Source of the DNA: an uncultured Bacilli bacterium
Lineage (GTDB): Bacteria > Bacillota_I > Bacilli_A > RF39 > UBA660
Direction of reading: 5' to 3'
NCBI GenBank assembly: GCA_947585595.1
Contig: CANPXB010000003.1
Span: 20,301-84,300 of the forward strand
Length of the DNA stretch: 64,000 nucleotides
Made by a program: the position numbers and the translations under genes. The notes under the pieces are model-generated. The model did no database searches and was not told the origin of the DNA. It saw nothing but the letters and a program-made list of their open reading frames with translations. The number at the start of each line of letters is the position of its first letter. Position 1 is the first letter of the stretch. Below are positions 56,040 to 64,000 of this stretch, one piece after another.

Positions 56040-56750
56040 ATGATGAAAAAATTATTATTGTTATTCTTATTAATGTTTTTTAGTATCAGTCATGTCTTTG
56101 CAAAGAATATTCAAACATATTCTGGCATAGAAATAGAAGAAAATAAATACTACAGTCTAGTAGAAATATATGGAGACAATTATATCAATTTTATAACTGA
56201 AGATGAATATAAATTAATAAATAATGATTTATCAACAGTTACTAAAGTTGAATATGACGAAGAATCACTTGACGCCATTAGACCTCTTACGTCTTTTAGT
56301 ACTAGTTATAAAACTATTTCCTTAATCAGTAATAATAATGTTATAACAGCTCGATTAAAATGGAAACAAAATCCTAAAATAAGAAGCTATGACGTTTTTG
56401 GCATAAGACTGCATGGATTAACTTTAGGAAGAATAATATCTTTTAAGCAATTCTATACAGAAAACGGAGAAACTAAATATAGTACAAGTACAACACAGAA
56501 GACATTTAATAATGGATTTGGTGAATCATTTTTATTATCGAATAAATCGGATTTAGAAACCGTTGTAACATTTACTGTTAATGGTTCTGGGAAAGTATTT
56601 GCTTCATATCAACATGCAACAACCAATGTATCTTTAAGTGATAGTACTAACTATTCTTTATCAGAACTAGGATTAGGGAATGTAATACAATTTAATAATG
56701 GAATTGCTGAGAAATATGATAGAATGCCTGGTATAAATATCAGTATATAA
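56040..56750 (+). CDS. Secreted protein, function unknown
   Basis: RBS AAAGGAG. Signal peptide ending HVFA-KN. Beta-rich. Confidence 0.55.
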   Translation: MMKKLLLLFLLMFFSISHVFAKNIQTYSGIEIEENKYYSLVEIYGDNYINFITEDEYKLINNDLSTVTKVEYDEESLDAIRPLTSFSTSYKTISLISNNNVITARLKWKQNPKIRSYDVFGIRLHGLTLGRIISFKQFYTENGETKYSTSTTQKTFNNGFGESFLLSNKSDLETVVTFTVNGSGKVFASYQHATTNVSLSDSTNYSLSELGLGNVIQFNNGIAEKYDRMPGINISI

Positions 56751-56770
56751 TTAAATTTTGAACTTTCAAT

Positions 56771-56805
56771 AAAATATTAAGAAATAACTCTTAATATTTT
56801 TTCTT
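56771..56805. repeat. 35-bp direct repeat, copy 2; putative attR and terminator of the last island gene
   Basis: Identical to 50139-50173. Non-coding at this location. Confidence 0.9.
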
Positions 56806-56816
56806 ACCAAAAATTA

Positions 56817-56825
56817 TGTTATACT
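56817..56825 (+). promoter_or_regulatory. TG-extended -10 element (TGTTATACT)
   Basis: Lies 28 nt upstream of the ppaC start. Confidence 0.4.
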
Positions 56826-56852
56826 TATCTTGTAATAGGGGCGAGTGATATT

Positions 56853-58475
56853 ATGCAAACAATATATATCTTTGGTCATAAAATGCCTGATACTGATACC
56901 GTCTGTGCTAGTATTAGTTTATCTTATTTAAAAAATAAACAAGGTTTAACTACTGAACCTCGTGTTTTAGGTACGCTTAATAAAGAAACTAAATTTGTTT
57001 TAGATTATTTTCATATTCCAGAACCAGAATTCTTAAATGATGTTAAAGTTCAAGTAAGAAATATGCATTATAATAAGGAAGCGATGATAGAAGAACATCT
57101 ATCTGTTTATGAAGCTTATAAAGAAATGGTTGAATATGAAGTAACTGGTTTTCCTTTAGTTAATAAGCATAAAAAACTAACTGGTTATGTTAATGTTAAA
57201 GAAATATCTAAATTCTTAATTGATGGTGATATAACTTATTTAAATACTTCATATGATAATATTTTAAAAACTTTAAATGGTACAGCTATTACTCGTTTTG
57301 ATGATGAAATCGAAGGTCATATCTTAGCTGCCGCTTATAAAAGTGAAACATTCATAAATCGTGTTCAATTAAATAAAGATAGTATTTTAATCGTTGGTGA
57401 TCGTTATAAAATCTTAGAATATGCTATTAATTCTGGTATAAAATTATTAATCTGTGTTAATGGTAGTAATATTCCAAGTGACCTAGTTAATCTAGCTAAC
57501 CAAAATAAAGTTAATGTTATTAGTGTTCCTTTAGGTACTTATAAATGTGCTAATATGTTAAAACTATGTAACTATGTTAAACTACTTAATATTAATCCTC
57601 ATCCAATTACTTTTAGTCCAATCGATTATCGTGATGACTTTATTGATATTAGTAGTAAATTAGGTCATACTAACTACCCAGTAGTTAATAAAAAAGGTAT
57701 TTGTGTCGGTATGATGCGTTTAGTAGATGCTAATAACTTTGAACGTAAACAAGTTATCTTAGTTGATCATAATCAACAATCTCAAAGTGTTGATGGTATT
57801 GAAGAAGCTTCTATCTTAGAAGTAATAGATCATCATAACTTAGGTACTATTGGTACATCTATCCCTATTAATTTTCGTAGTATGCCAGTAGGTTGTACTT
57901 GTACAATAATTTATCAATTATATAAAGAAGCTAATATCCCAATACCTCCAAATATTGCTGGTATTATGTTATCAGCTATTTTATCAGATACTTTATTATT
58001 TAAATCACCAACTACTACAGATATTGATATCGAAGTAGGTAATAAATTAGCTGAAATAGCTCATTTAGATATAAATGAATATGGTATGCAAATGTTTAAA
58101 GCAGCTTCAACAGTTAGTGAACTTAGTGTATATGATATTATTCATACTGATATGAAAACATTCAAATATGATGATTCTAATATAGCTATCAGTCAAGTAA
58201 TGACTTTAGATTTTGATGATATTCATGAAAGAGCTGAAGATGTTATTACTGAACTTAATAATATGTGTGAATATGGTGGTTTAAAAATAGCTTTATTATT
58301 TGTAACTGATGTTATTCGTAATGGTTCATACTTATTCTATAATGAAAAGAGTAAAGACTTACTAGAAGATGCTTATGGTATAGATGAATTATATCAAGGA
58401 TTATATTTTGATGGTGTCGTCTCTCGTAAGAAACAGATGTTACCTCCATTATTAGAAAGTGAAGATAGAAGATAA
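56853..58475 (+). CDS. ppaC: Family II (Mn-dependent) inorganic pyrophosphatase with a CBS/DRTGG regulatory insert
   Basis: DHH domain motifs GHKMPDTDT, VDHN and IDHHN. DHHA2 motif SDTLLFKSPTTT. A ~240-aa insert after residue ~60 and the 540-aa length are typical of CBS-PPases. Confidence 0.9.
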   Translation: MQTIYIFGHKMPDTDTVCASISLSYLKNKQGLTTEPRVLGTLNKETKFVLDYFHIPEPEFLNDVKVQVRNMHYNKEAMIEEHLSVYEAYKEMVEYEVTGFPLVNKHKKLTGYVNVKEISKFLIDGDITYLNTSYDNILKTLNGTAITRFDDEIEGHILAAAYKSETFINRVQLNKDSILIVGDRYKILEYAINSGIKLLICVNGSNIPSDLVNLANQNKVNVISVPLGTYKCANMLKLCNYVKLLNINPHPITFSPIDYRDDFIDISSKLGHTNYPVVNKKGICVGMMRLVDANNFERKQVILVDHNQQSQSVDGIEEASILEVIDHHNLGTIGTSIPINFRSMPVGCTCTIIYQLYKEANIPIPPNIAGIMLSAILSDTLLFKSPTTTDIDIEVGNKLAEIAHLDINEYGMQMFKAASTVSELSVYDIIHTDMKTFKYDDSNIAISQVMTLDFDDIHERAEDVITELNNMCEYGGLKIALLFVTDVIRNGSYLFYNEKSKDLLEDAYGIDELYQGLYFDGVVSRKKQMLPPLLESEDRR

Positions 58476-58489
58476 TCTATCTTCTTTTA
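58467..58489 (+). terminator. Rho-independent terminator
   Basis: Stem AGAAGATA / TATCTTCT followed by TTT. Confidence 0.6.
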
Positions 58490-58517
58490 AATTATAATTT
58501 ATTAATTTTATGTATTT

Positions 58518-58526
58518 TGGTAAAAT
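58518..58526 (+). promoter_or_regulatory. TG-extended -10 element (TGgTAAAAT)
   Basis: Lies 17 nt upstream of the 58543 start. Confidence 0.4.
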
Positions 58527-58542
58527 ATAAATAGGTGATCAT

Positions 58543-59304
58543 ATGAAAGCATTAGTAACTGGTGCTAGTTCTGGTATTGGTAAAGATATGGCTATATACT
58601 TAGGTACTTTAGGTTATGACTTAATCTTAGTCAGTCGTGATGAAAATCGTTTAAAAGAAACAGCTCGTCAAATAAAAACTAAAGTAATTATCTATCCTAC
58701 TGATTTATGTGGTACTGATAACTGTTATAAACTATATGAAAAATTTAAAAATGAAGATATTGATTTACTAGTTAATGGTGCTGGATTTGGTTTATTTGGT
58801 AATACATGGGAAACAGATTTAAATAAAGAACTTAAAATGATCGATTTAAATATCAAAGGTCTTCATATCTTAACTAAACTCTTTTTACAAGATATGGTTA
58901 AAAAAGATAAAGGTCGCATACTAAATATAGCTTCTTCAGCAGGTTTTCTATCAGGACCTATCTTAAATACTTATTATGCGACTAAAAACTACGTTACTAA
59001 ATGGACTTTAGGTATTTATGAAGAACTAAGAAAAGTAAAAAGTCATGTTCATATAAGTTGCTTATGTCCTGGTCCAGTTAATACTAACTTTAATAAAGTA
59101 GCAGGTGGATCATTTAATATTAAAGGCTTAAGTAGTGAATATGTTGCTAAATATGGTATAGATAAATGTTTAAAAAATAAATTAATTATAATCCCTGGTT
59201 TAACTGTTAAACTTGGTGTCTTTATGAATCGCTTCTTACCATATAAATTATCTTTAAGAATTGTTTATCATATTCAAAATAAAAAATGTCAAAGGAATGG
59301 TTAA
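58543..59304 (+). CDS. SDR-family oxidoreductase
   Basis: TGASSGIG cofactor motif, NGAG, and the catalytic YxxxK (YYATK). Confidence 0.85.
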   Translation: MKALVTGASSGIGKDMAIYLGTLGYDLILVSRDENRLKETARQIKTKVIIYPTDLCGTDNCYKLYEKFKNEDIDLLVNGAGFGLFGNTWETDLNKELKMIDLNIKGLHILTKLFLQDMVKKDKGRILNIASSAGFLSGPILNTYYATKNYVTKWTLGIYEELRKVKSHVHISCLCPGPVNTNFNKVAGGSFNIKGLSSEYVAKYGIDKCLKNKLIIIPGLTVKLGVFMNRFLPYKLSLRIVYHIQNKKCQRNG

Positions 59305-59305
59305 T

Positions 59306-59962
59306 ATGTTTGGTTATATGCTAAAAAACTTACCAGCTAAATATGTCTTTGCTGGTTACAGTGTCCGTAAAAGTTATACTATCTTAACAAGTGTTATTGA
59401 TGGTCGTGTTGTATATGATTCCTTCTTATATACTTATATTGATAATTACTTATCATTCTATCTTTTAATGGATAATGGTAAATATAAAAATGTTGAAACT
59501 AACGAAGAAGTACCTTTATGTACTGCTGAAGACTTAATAAGTCGTCATATATCTCGTGGTAAACCAGAAGATGATGAAGATTATGAAGGTGTTGATAAAA
59601 ATAAAATAGTTGGTGTCTTTGGTGTTCGTGATATGGAAACTCTAATGAAAATCGTTGATGCAAAAGCTCAAGAAAGTGATTCAATGGATATCAAACTAGA
59701 AGCTATGTTAGATATTAAAGATGCTTATATGGGTATGGAAATAACTGGTACTATCAATCGTTTTAATACCTTACTAGGATATCCTAAAGATACTATAACT
59801 ATTCCCGCTATTAAAAATGGTGTTGATGATCCTTTCGAATCAGTTATAGGGGATGAAATGGATTTCTTCGATTTAGTAAGTAATAAAACTGCTGATGAAA
59901 TAGTAGCTGATTTTAAAAAGCTATCAGAACAACTAGATGGTATTGGAAACAGAAAAAAATAA
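59306..59962 (+). CDS. Hypothetical protein
   Basis: I prefer the ATG at 59306 (RBS AAAGGAATGG, 1 nt after the SDR stop) over the track start at 59261, which lies inside the SDR gene. Confidence 0.5.
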   Translation: MFGYMLKNLPAKYVFAGYSVRKSYTILTSVIDGRVVYDSFLYTYIDNYLSFYLLMDNGKYKNVETNEEVPLCTAEDLISRHISRGKPEDDEDYEGVDKNKIVGVFGVRDMETLMKIVDAKAQESDSMDIKLEAMLDIKDAYMGMEITGTINRFNTLLGYPKDTITIPAIKNGVDDPFESVIGDEMDFFDLVSNKTADEIVADFKKLSEQLDGIGNRKK

Positions 59963-59987
59963 AGATCTACTTCAGATCTTTATTTTC
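59961..59987. terminator. Hairpin terminator shared by convergent genes
   Basis: Stem AAAGATCT / AGATCTTT. It overlaps the 3' end of the minus-strand XRE gene. Confidence 0.55.
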
Positions 59988-60302
59988 AATTGCATTACTA
60001 TACCAAATTAAATCTTGTCTTTGTAATTTATTTAATCTTGCATAATTATTAAGTAATTCATTTAATTGTTTATCTACTAAATTATTCATTACATCATTTA
60101 AAGGTGCATCATTATTTGTTCTACCTAATAAATAATCCGTAGTTGTATTTAAAAAGTCAGCTATTTTAACTAATTTTTCCATTTTAGGTTCTGCTTTATT
60201 AGATTCATAAGCACTAATAGTTTCTTGTGATACTTCGGCAGCTATACTAAGTCTTATCTGTGTAACATTTCTTTTCTTTCTTAATTCTTTAATCCTGTTC
60301 AT
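59967..60302 (-). CDS. XRE-family transcriptional regulator (cytoplasmic)
   Basis: HTH VTQIRLSIAAEVSQETISAYESNKAEPKMEKLVKIADFL. The second ATG (60302) has better RBS spacing than the track start at 60311. Confidence 0.75.
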   Translation of the reverse strand: MNRIKELRKKRNVTQIRLSIAAEVSQETISAYESNKAEPKMEKLVKIADFLNTTTDYLLGRTNNDAPLNDVMNNLVDKQLNELLNNYARLNKLQRQDLIWYSNAIENKDLK

Positions 60303-60435
60303 ATAATTCATTTCCTTTATTAATTTTATTTTATAGAAATTGTCTATATATTTTAGAAATAAAATTAATATTAAAATATGTATAACGGTTGTATATAATA
60401 AACTAGATTATTATCTTTTATTACAAACAATTATT

Positions 60436-60444
60436 TGGTATAAT
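60436..60444 (+). promoter_or_regulatory. TG-extended -10 element (TGgTATAAT)
   Basis: Consensus extended -10 element 17 nt upstream of the ATG at 60461, which implies a very short leader. Confidence 0.4.
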
Positions 60445-60460
60445 ATTAAAGGTGTTTAAA

Positions 60461-61261
60461 ATGTTTAAAAAGATTTATGTTGAAATAACCAATAATTGTA
60501 ATTTAGATTGTTCTTTCTGTCTTAAAAATAATCGTTCTAAAGAGTATTTAAGTCTTAATAAATTTGAAACATTATTATCTAAATTAGATGGTTATACTAA
60601 ATACTTATATTTTCATGTAATGGGTGAACCTTTATTACATCCTAATATCAATGAATTAATTAATATGGCTTCAACTAAATATTTTATAAACATTACTACT
60701 AATGGTTACTTAATTGATAGAATAAAAGACAATAAAAATATTAGACAAATAAATATTTCTCTTCATAGTTATCATCCCAAGTATCATAAATCATTAGATG
60801 AATACTTAGATAATATATTTAATATTGTTGATAACTTAGTTCTTAATAACACCTTTATAAGTTATAGATTATGGGTTAATAGTGAATATAAAGAAAAAAT
60901 AATTAAGAAATTAAACAATAAATACCAAGTAACTATCAATCAAGATCAAATGACTTTAAGTAAGAATATCTACTTTGAAACTGAACAAGAATTCATCTGG
61001 CCATCTTATACTAATAACTATTATAATGAAACTGGTAGTTGTCGTGGACTTAGAGACCATATCGGTATCTTAGTCGATGGAACAGTCATTCCTTGTTGCT
61101 TAGATAGTAATGGAATAATAAACTTAGGCAATATTTACAATGAAGAATTAAGTGATATAATAAATAGCAGTCTTTTTAGGGAAATGAAACAAGGATTCTT
61201 AAATAATAAAAAAATCCATGAACTATGTAAAAAATGTAATTTTTATAACTTAAGGAGGTAA
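60461..61261 (+). CDS. Radical SAM protein with a C-terminal SPASM/twitch-like Cys cluster
   Basis: CNLDCSFC (CX3CX2C) at residues ~13-20. C-terminal GSCRGL...VIPCC...CKKC. ATG at 60461 after RBS AAAGGTG. Confidence 0.75.
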   Translation: MFKKIYVEITNNCNLDCSFCLKNNRSKEYLSLNKFETLLSKLDGYTKYLYFHVMGEPLLHPNINELINMASTKYFINITTNGYLIDRIKDNKNIRQINISLHSYHPKYHKSLDEYLDNIFNIVDNLVLNNTFISYRLWVNSEYKEKIIKKLNNKYQVTINQDQMTLSKNIYFETEQEFIWPSYTNNYYNETGSCRGLRDHIGILVDGTVIPCCLDSNGIINLGNIYNEELSDIINSSLFREMKQGFLNNKKIHELCKKCNFYNLRR

Positions 61262-61263
61262 GT

Positions 61264-61815
61264 ATGGAAGTCAAAGGGTATAAAGCATTTAATAACGATA
61301 AAACTAATAGATATGGCATACCCTTTGAAGAAGGGAAGACTTACACAGTTAATGAGCAAGTTTCATTTGGTAATAATGGACATGGTTTTCATATGTGTGC
61401 TAATCTAGCTGATGTTTTTCGTTATTTTCATTATGAAGATGATGAAGTATGTGTTGCTGAAGTAACAGGTAAAGGAACAATAGTTAAATATGATGATGAA
61501 TACTATGGTTACTATGATATGTATGCTGTATCTAGTATAACTATTGATCGATTTTTATCTCGTAAAGAAATAATTGCTCGTATGTTAAAAGATCAAGAAT
61601 TTAATAATCAAAAATTTCTTATGACATTTAATTTAACTGAACAAGAAAAAACTCGTTTCTTAAAAAAATATCGTCATAATGAATATATGTTAAAATGGAT
61701 ATTATATTATCAATTTGATTGTAAAAATTTATATTCAATACCTTGTGAAGAAAGAGCAGAACAAATAAGGATGGTGTTAAATAATGGACAAGATAATAAT
61801 AAAAGGAGCTCGTGA
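61264..61815 (+). CDS. Hypothetical protein with a KGYKAF...GFH.C N-terminal domain
   Basis: RBS AGGAGG lies inside the end of the rSAM gene, and the start is 2 nt after its stop. The 3' end overlaps uvrA by 32 nt. Confidence 0.5.
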   Translation: MEVKGYKAFNNDKTNRYGIPFEEGKTYTVNEQVSFGNNGHGFHMCANLADVFRYFHYEDDEVCVAEVTGKGTIVKYDDEYYGYYDMYAVSSITIDRFLSRKEIIARMLKDQEFNNQKFLMTFNLTEQEKTRFLKKYRHNEYMLKWILYYQFDCKNLYSIPCEERAEQIRMVLNNGQDNNKRSS

Positions 61816-64000
61816 GAATAACTTACAAAATATTGATTTAGAGCTTCCTAAAAATTCATTAATTGTTATGACTGGTGTCTCTGGTAGTGGTAAAAGTAGT
61901 TTAGCTTTTGATACTATTTATGCTGAAGGTCAAAGAAGATACGTTGAAAGTCTATCAGCTTATGCTAGACAATTTTTAGGTGGTACTAGTAAACCAGATG
62001 TTGATAGTATAGAAGGTTTAAGTCCAAGTATTAGTATTGATCAAAAAAGTACTAATAATAACCCTCGTAGTACAGTTGGTACAGTTACGGAAATATATGA
62101 CTATTTAAGATTATTATTTGCCCGTATTGGCGTTCCTTATTGTCCTAATCACCATGAACCAATTAAAAGCCAAAGTATTGAAGAAATGACTAATAAAATA
62201 ATGGATTTCCCAGAAGGTACTAAGATTGAAATAATGGCTCCTGTTGTTAGAGAAGAAAAAGGTGCTCATGCCTCTATCTTAGAAGATCTTCGTCAAAAAG
62301 GATATACTAGAGTAAGAGTCAATGGTGAAGTTCGTGATTTAGCTGAAGATATTAAATTAGAAAAAAATAAAAAAGATACTATTGAAGTAATCGTTGATCG
62401 TATCGTTGTTAGAGCCGAAGATCGTTCTCGTATCTTTGAATCAATTGAAGCAAGTACCAAGTTAGCTAATGGCTTAGTTTTATTTAATGTTATTGGTGGC
62501 GAAGAACTATTAATGAGTGAAAACTATGCTTGTATTCATTGTAATTACTCAATGCCTACTTTAGAAACTAGAATGTTCTCTTTTAACTCTCCATTTGGTG
62601 CTTGTCCAGAATGTAATGGTCTAGGTATGAAAATGAAAGTATCAGAAGAACTACTCATTCCTGATTCAAGTAAAAGTATTAGAAAAGGTGGTATTGCTAC
62701 TTTATCAGAAGATCAAAATACCATGTTTACTGAAGTTGAAACTGTTGCTAATTACTATGATATTGATTTAGATGCGCCAATTAATACAATTCCTCGTGCT
62801 AAATTAGATAAAATATTATATGGTTCAACTGAACCACTAGAATTTAAATATATTTCTAAAAATGGTAATGTTCGTACTAAAACTGACTTCTTTGAAGGTA
62901 TAATAAATAACTTAGAAAGAAGACAAATTGAAACAACAGCTGGTTGGATTAGAGAATGGATAGAAGGTTACATGGTTGAACAAGAATGTCCTGTCTGCCA
63001 TGGTACTAGACTTAAACACGATATTTTAAATGTTTATATTAATAAAAAGAATATTTATGATATGACTGCCCTAAGTATCGAAGAACTATATAAATTCATG
63101 CAAAACTTAAAACTTAATAAAGAACAAGCTAAGATAAGTGAATTACTAGTCAAAGAAATATGTAATCGATTAGAATTCTTAAATAATGTAGGTTTAGGTT
63201 ATATAACTTTAAATCGTGCTGCTGGTACTCTATCTGGTGGTGAAGCTCAAAGAATTCGTCTAGCTACCCAAATTGGTAGTAAATTATCTGGAGTCTTATA
63301 TGTTTTAGATGAACCAAGTATCGGTCTTCACCAACGTGATAATGAAAAACTAATTGCTTCCATGAAAGAAATGCGTGATTTAGGTAATACCTTAATTGTT
63401 GTTGAACATGATACTGATACCATGAAAGCAGCTGATTATCTAGTTGATATTGGTCCCGGAGCTGGTGTCTTAGGTGGACATATTATGGCCGCTGGAACCC
63501 CAGAAGAAGTAATGAAAAATCCTAACTCTTTAACAGGTAAATATCTAACTGGTGAAGAAAAAATAGAAGTCCCTAAAAAAAGACGAAAAGGTAATGGTCT
63601 TTACTTAGAAGTAAAAGGAGCTAAAGAACATAACTTAAAAAATATTAATGTTAAATTCCCTTTAGGTAAATTTATATGTATAACTGGTGTTTCTGGTAGT
63701 GGCAAATCAACATTAGTAAATGATATTTTATATAATGCCTTAGCTAAAAAAGTCTATAAATCAAAAACCATTGTAGGTAAATGCAAAGAAATAAAAGGTA
63801 TGGAAAATATCGATAAAGTCGTTCATATTACCCAAGATCCTATTGGTCGTACACCTCGTAGTAATCCCGCTACTTATGTAGGTGTCTTTGATGATATAAG
63901 AGATGTCTTTGCTAATATGAAAGAATCTAAAATGCGTGGTTATGGTAAAAATAGATTCTCCTTTAATGTTAAAGGTGGACGTTGTGAAGCTTGTTGGGGT
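61784..64000 (+). CDS. uvrA: Excinuclease ABC subunit A; 3' end lies outside the window
   Basis: Absent from the ORF track because there is no stop in the window. Translation from the ATG at 61784 gives MDKIIIKGARENNLQNIDLELPKNSLIVMTGVSGSGKSSLAFDTIYAEGQRRYVESLSAYARQFLG. The frame stays open to nt 64000 (...GGRCEACWG). Confidence 0.95.
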   Translation, partial: MDKIIIKGARENNLQNIDLELPKNSLIVMTGVSGSGKSSLAFDTIYAEGQRRYVESLSAYARQFLGGTSKPDVDSIEGLSPSISIDQKSTNNNPRSTVGTVTEIYDYLRLLFARIGVPYCPNHHEPIKSQSIEEMTNKIMDFPEGTKIEIMAPVVREEKGAHASILEDLRQKGYTRVRVNGEVRDLAEDIKLEKNKKDTIEVIVDRIVVRAEDRSRIFESIEASTKLANGLVLFNVIGGEELLMSENYACIHCNYSMPTLETRMFSFNSPFGACPECNGLGMKMKVSEELLIPDSSKSIRKGGIATLSEDQNTMFTEVETVANYYDIDLDAPINTIPRAKLDKILYGSTEPLEFKYISKNGNVRTKTDFFEGIINNLERRQIETTAGWIREWIEGYMVEQECPVCHGTRLKHDILNVYINKKNIYDMTALSIEELYKFMQNLKLNKEQAKISELLVKEICNRLEFLNNVGLGYITLNRAAGTLSGGEAQRIRLATQIGSKLSGVLYVLDEPSIGLHQRDNEKLIASMKEMRDLGNTLIVVEHDTDTMKAADYLVDIGPGAGVLGGHIMAAGTPEEVMKNPNSLTGKYLTGEEKIEVPKKRRKGNGLYLEVKGAKEHNLKNINVKFPLGKFICITGVSGSGKSTLVNDILYNALAKKVYKSKTIVGKCKEIKGMENIDKVVHITQDPIGRTPRSNPATYVGVFDDIRDVFANMKESKMRGYGKNRFSFNVKGGRCEACWG

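Larger units (their letters stand above)
50174..56805. mobile_element. Putative 6.6-kb genomic island / non-autonomous integrative element
   Basis: Bounded by perfect 35-bp direct repeats, one of which restores the 3' end of a gene. Visibly AT-richer (spot counts of 60-nt lines give ~12-13% GC, against ~33% for one line in aspS). Contains seven accessory genes and no recombinase. Confidence 0.55.

Noticed and set aside
50174-56770. Search for an integrase, transposase or relaxase inside the island, and inside the 42755-43949 cassette
   Set aside because: None of the ORFs shows tyrosine or serine recombinase, DDE or HUH motifs. The elements are therefore described only as repeat-bounded insertions, not as autonomous mobile elements.
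59499-59684. 61-aa minus-strand ORF inside the 59306-59962 gene
   Set aside because: It is embedded antisense with no signals.
60378-60398. Six-codon ORF (MYNGCI) upstream of the radical SAM gene, considered as a RiPP precursor
   Set aside because: It is far too short for known rSAM/SPASM substrates. It has no RBS and lies within the divergent promoter region, so it is probably chance.
1-64000. Mollicutes-type genetic code 4 (UGA = Trp), considered because of the extreme AT richness
   Set aside because: Several well-supported genes end in TGA (for example 17541-17543, 8894-8896 and 61813-61815). Trp is encoded by TGG throughout, and no in-frame TGA interrupts a recognisable gene.

Overview
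64-kb chromosomal segment from a very AT-rich Gram-positive bacterium (Bacillota). This is supported by a T-box leader, FemAB and LD-carboxypeptidase cell-wall genes, TG-extended -10 promoters and GGAGG-type RBSs. Standard code 11 is used (Trp = TGG only; TGA acts as a stop). I count about 65 protein-coding genes. They are almost all on the + strand up to 28.3 kb, then arranged in alternating blocks. I found no rRNA, tRNA, CRISPR array, transposase or integrase. Genes I recognise with confidence: yugP-like Zn-peptidase (5' partial), two FemAB transferases, two UDG-superfamily glycosylases, two S66 LD-carboxypeptidases, a T-box(Asp)-controlled aspS, a MarR plus heterodimeric ABC exporter, a Qng1/DUF2419 queuosine-salvage gene, two paralogous ECF-like sigma/anti-sigma pairs, NUDIX, uvrB, a 1406-aa BadF/BcrAD-type activase fusion, CBS-type family II pyrophosphatase, an SDR, a radical SAM/SPASM protein and uvrA (3' partial). 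Main observations from the hunt: (1) A 6.6-kb AT-richer island (50174-56770) is bounded by a perfect 35-bp direct repeat that includes the 3' end and terminator of the activase gene. It carries a secreted protein, a MacB-like ABC system with three FtsX-type paralogues (one truncated), a membrane-tethered XRE regulator and a second secreted protein, but no recombinase. (2) A 1.2-kb single-gene cassette with another membrane-tethered XRE regulator is bounded by a perfect 29-bp terminator duplication. (3) A tightly coupled five-gene operon of unrecognisable proteins (4798-9212) contains a possible HigB/RelE-like domain plus small HTH pair and mTERF-like helical repeats. (4) An ER/SipW-type signal peptidase is fused to a large polytopic domain and overlaps a small secreted-protein gene. 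(5) There are tandem Bud32/RIO-like mini-kinases. (6) Iteron-like 23-bp and 12-bp repeats and a CGGAAT-containing palindrome flank the second sigma/anti-sigma operon. All functional calls come from motif recognition by eye. No database search was run.
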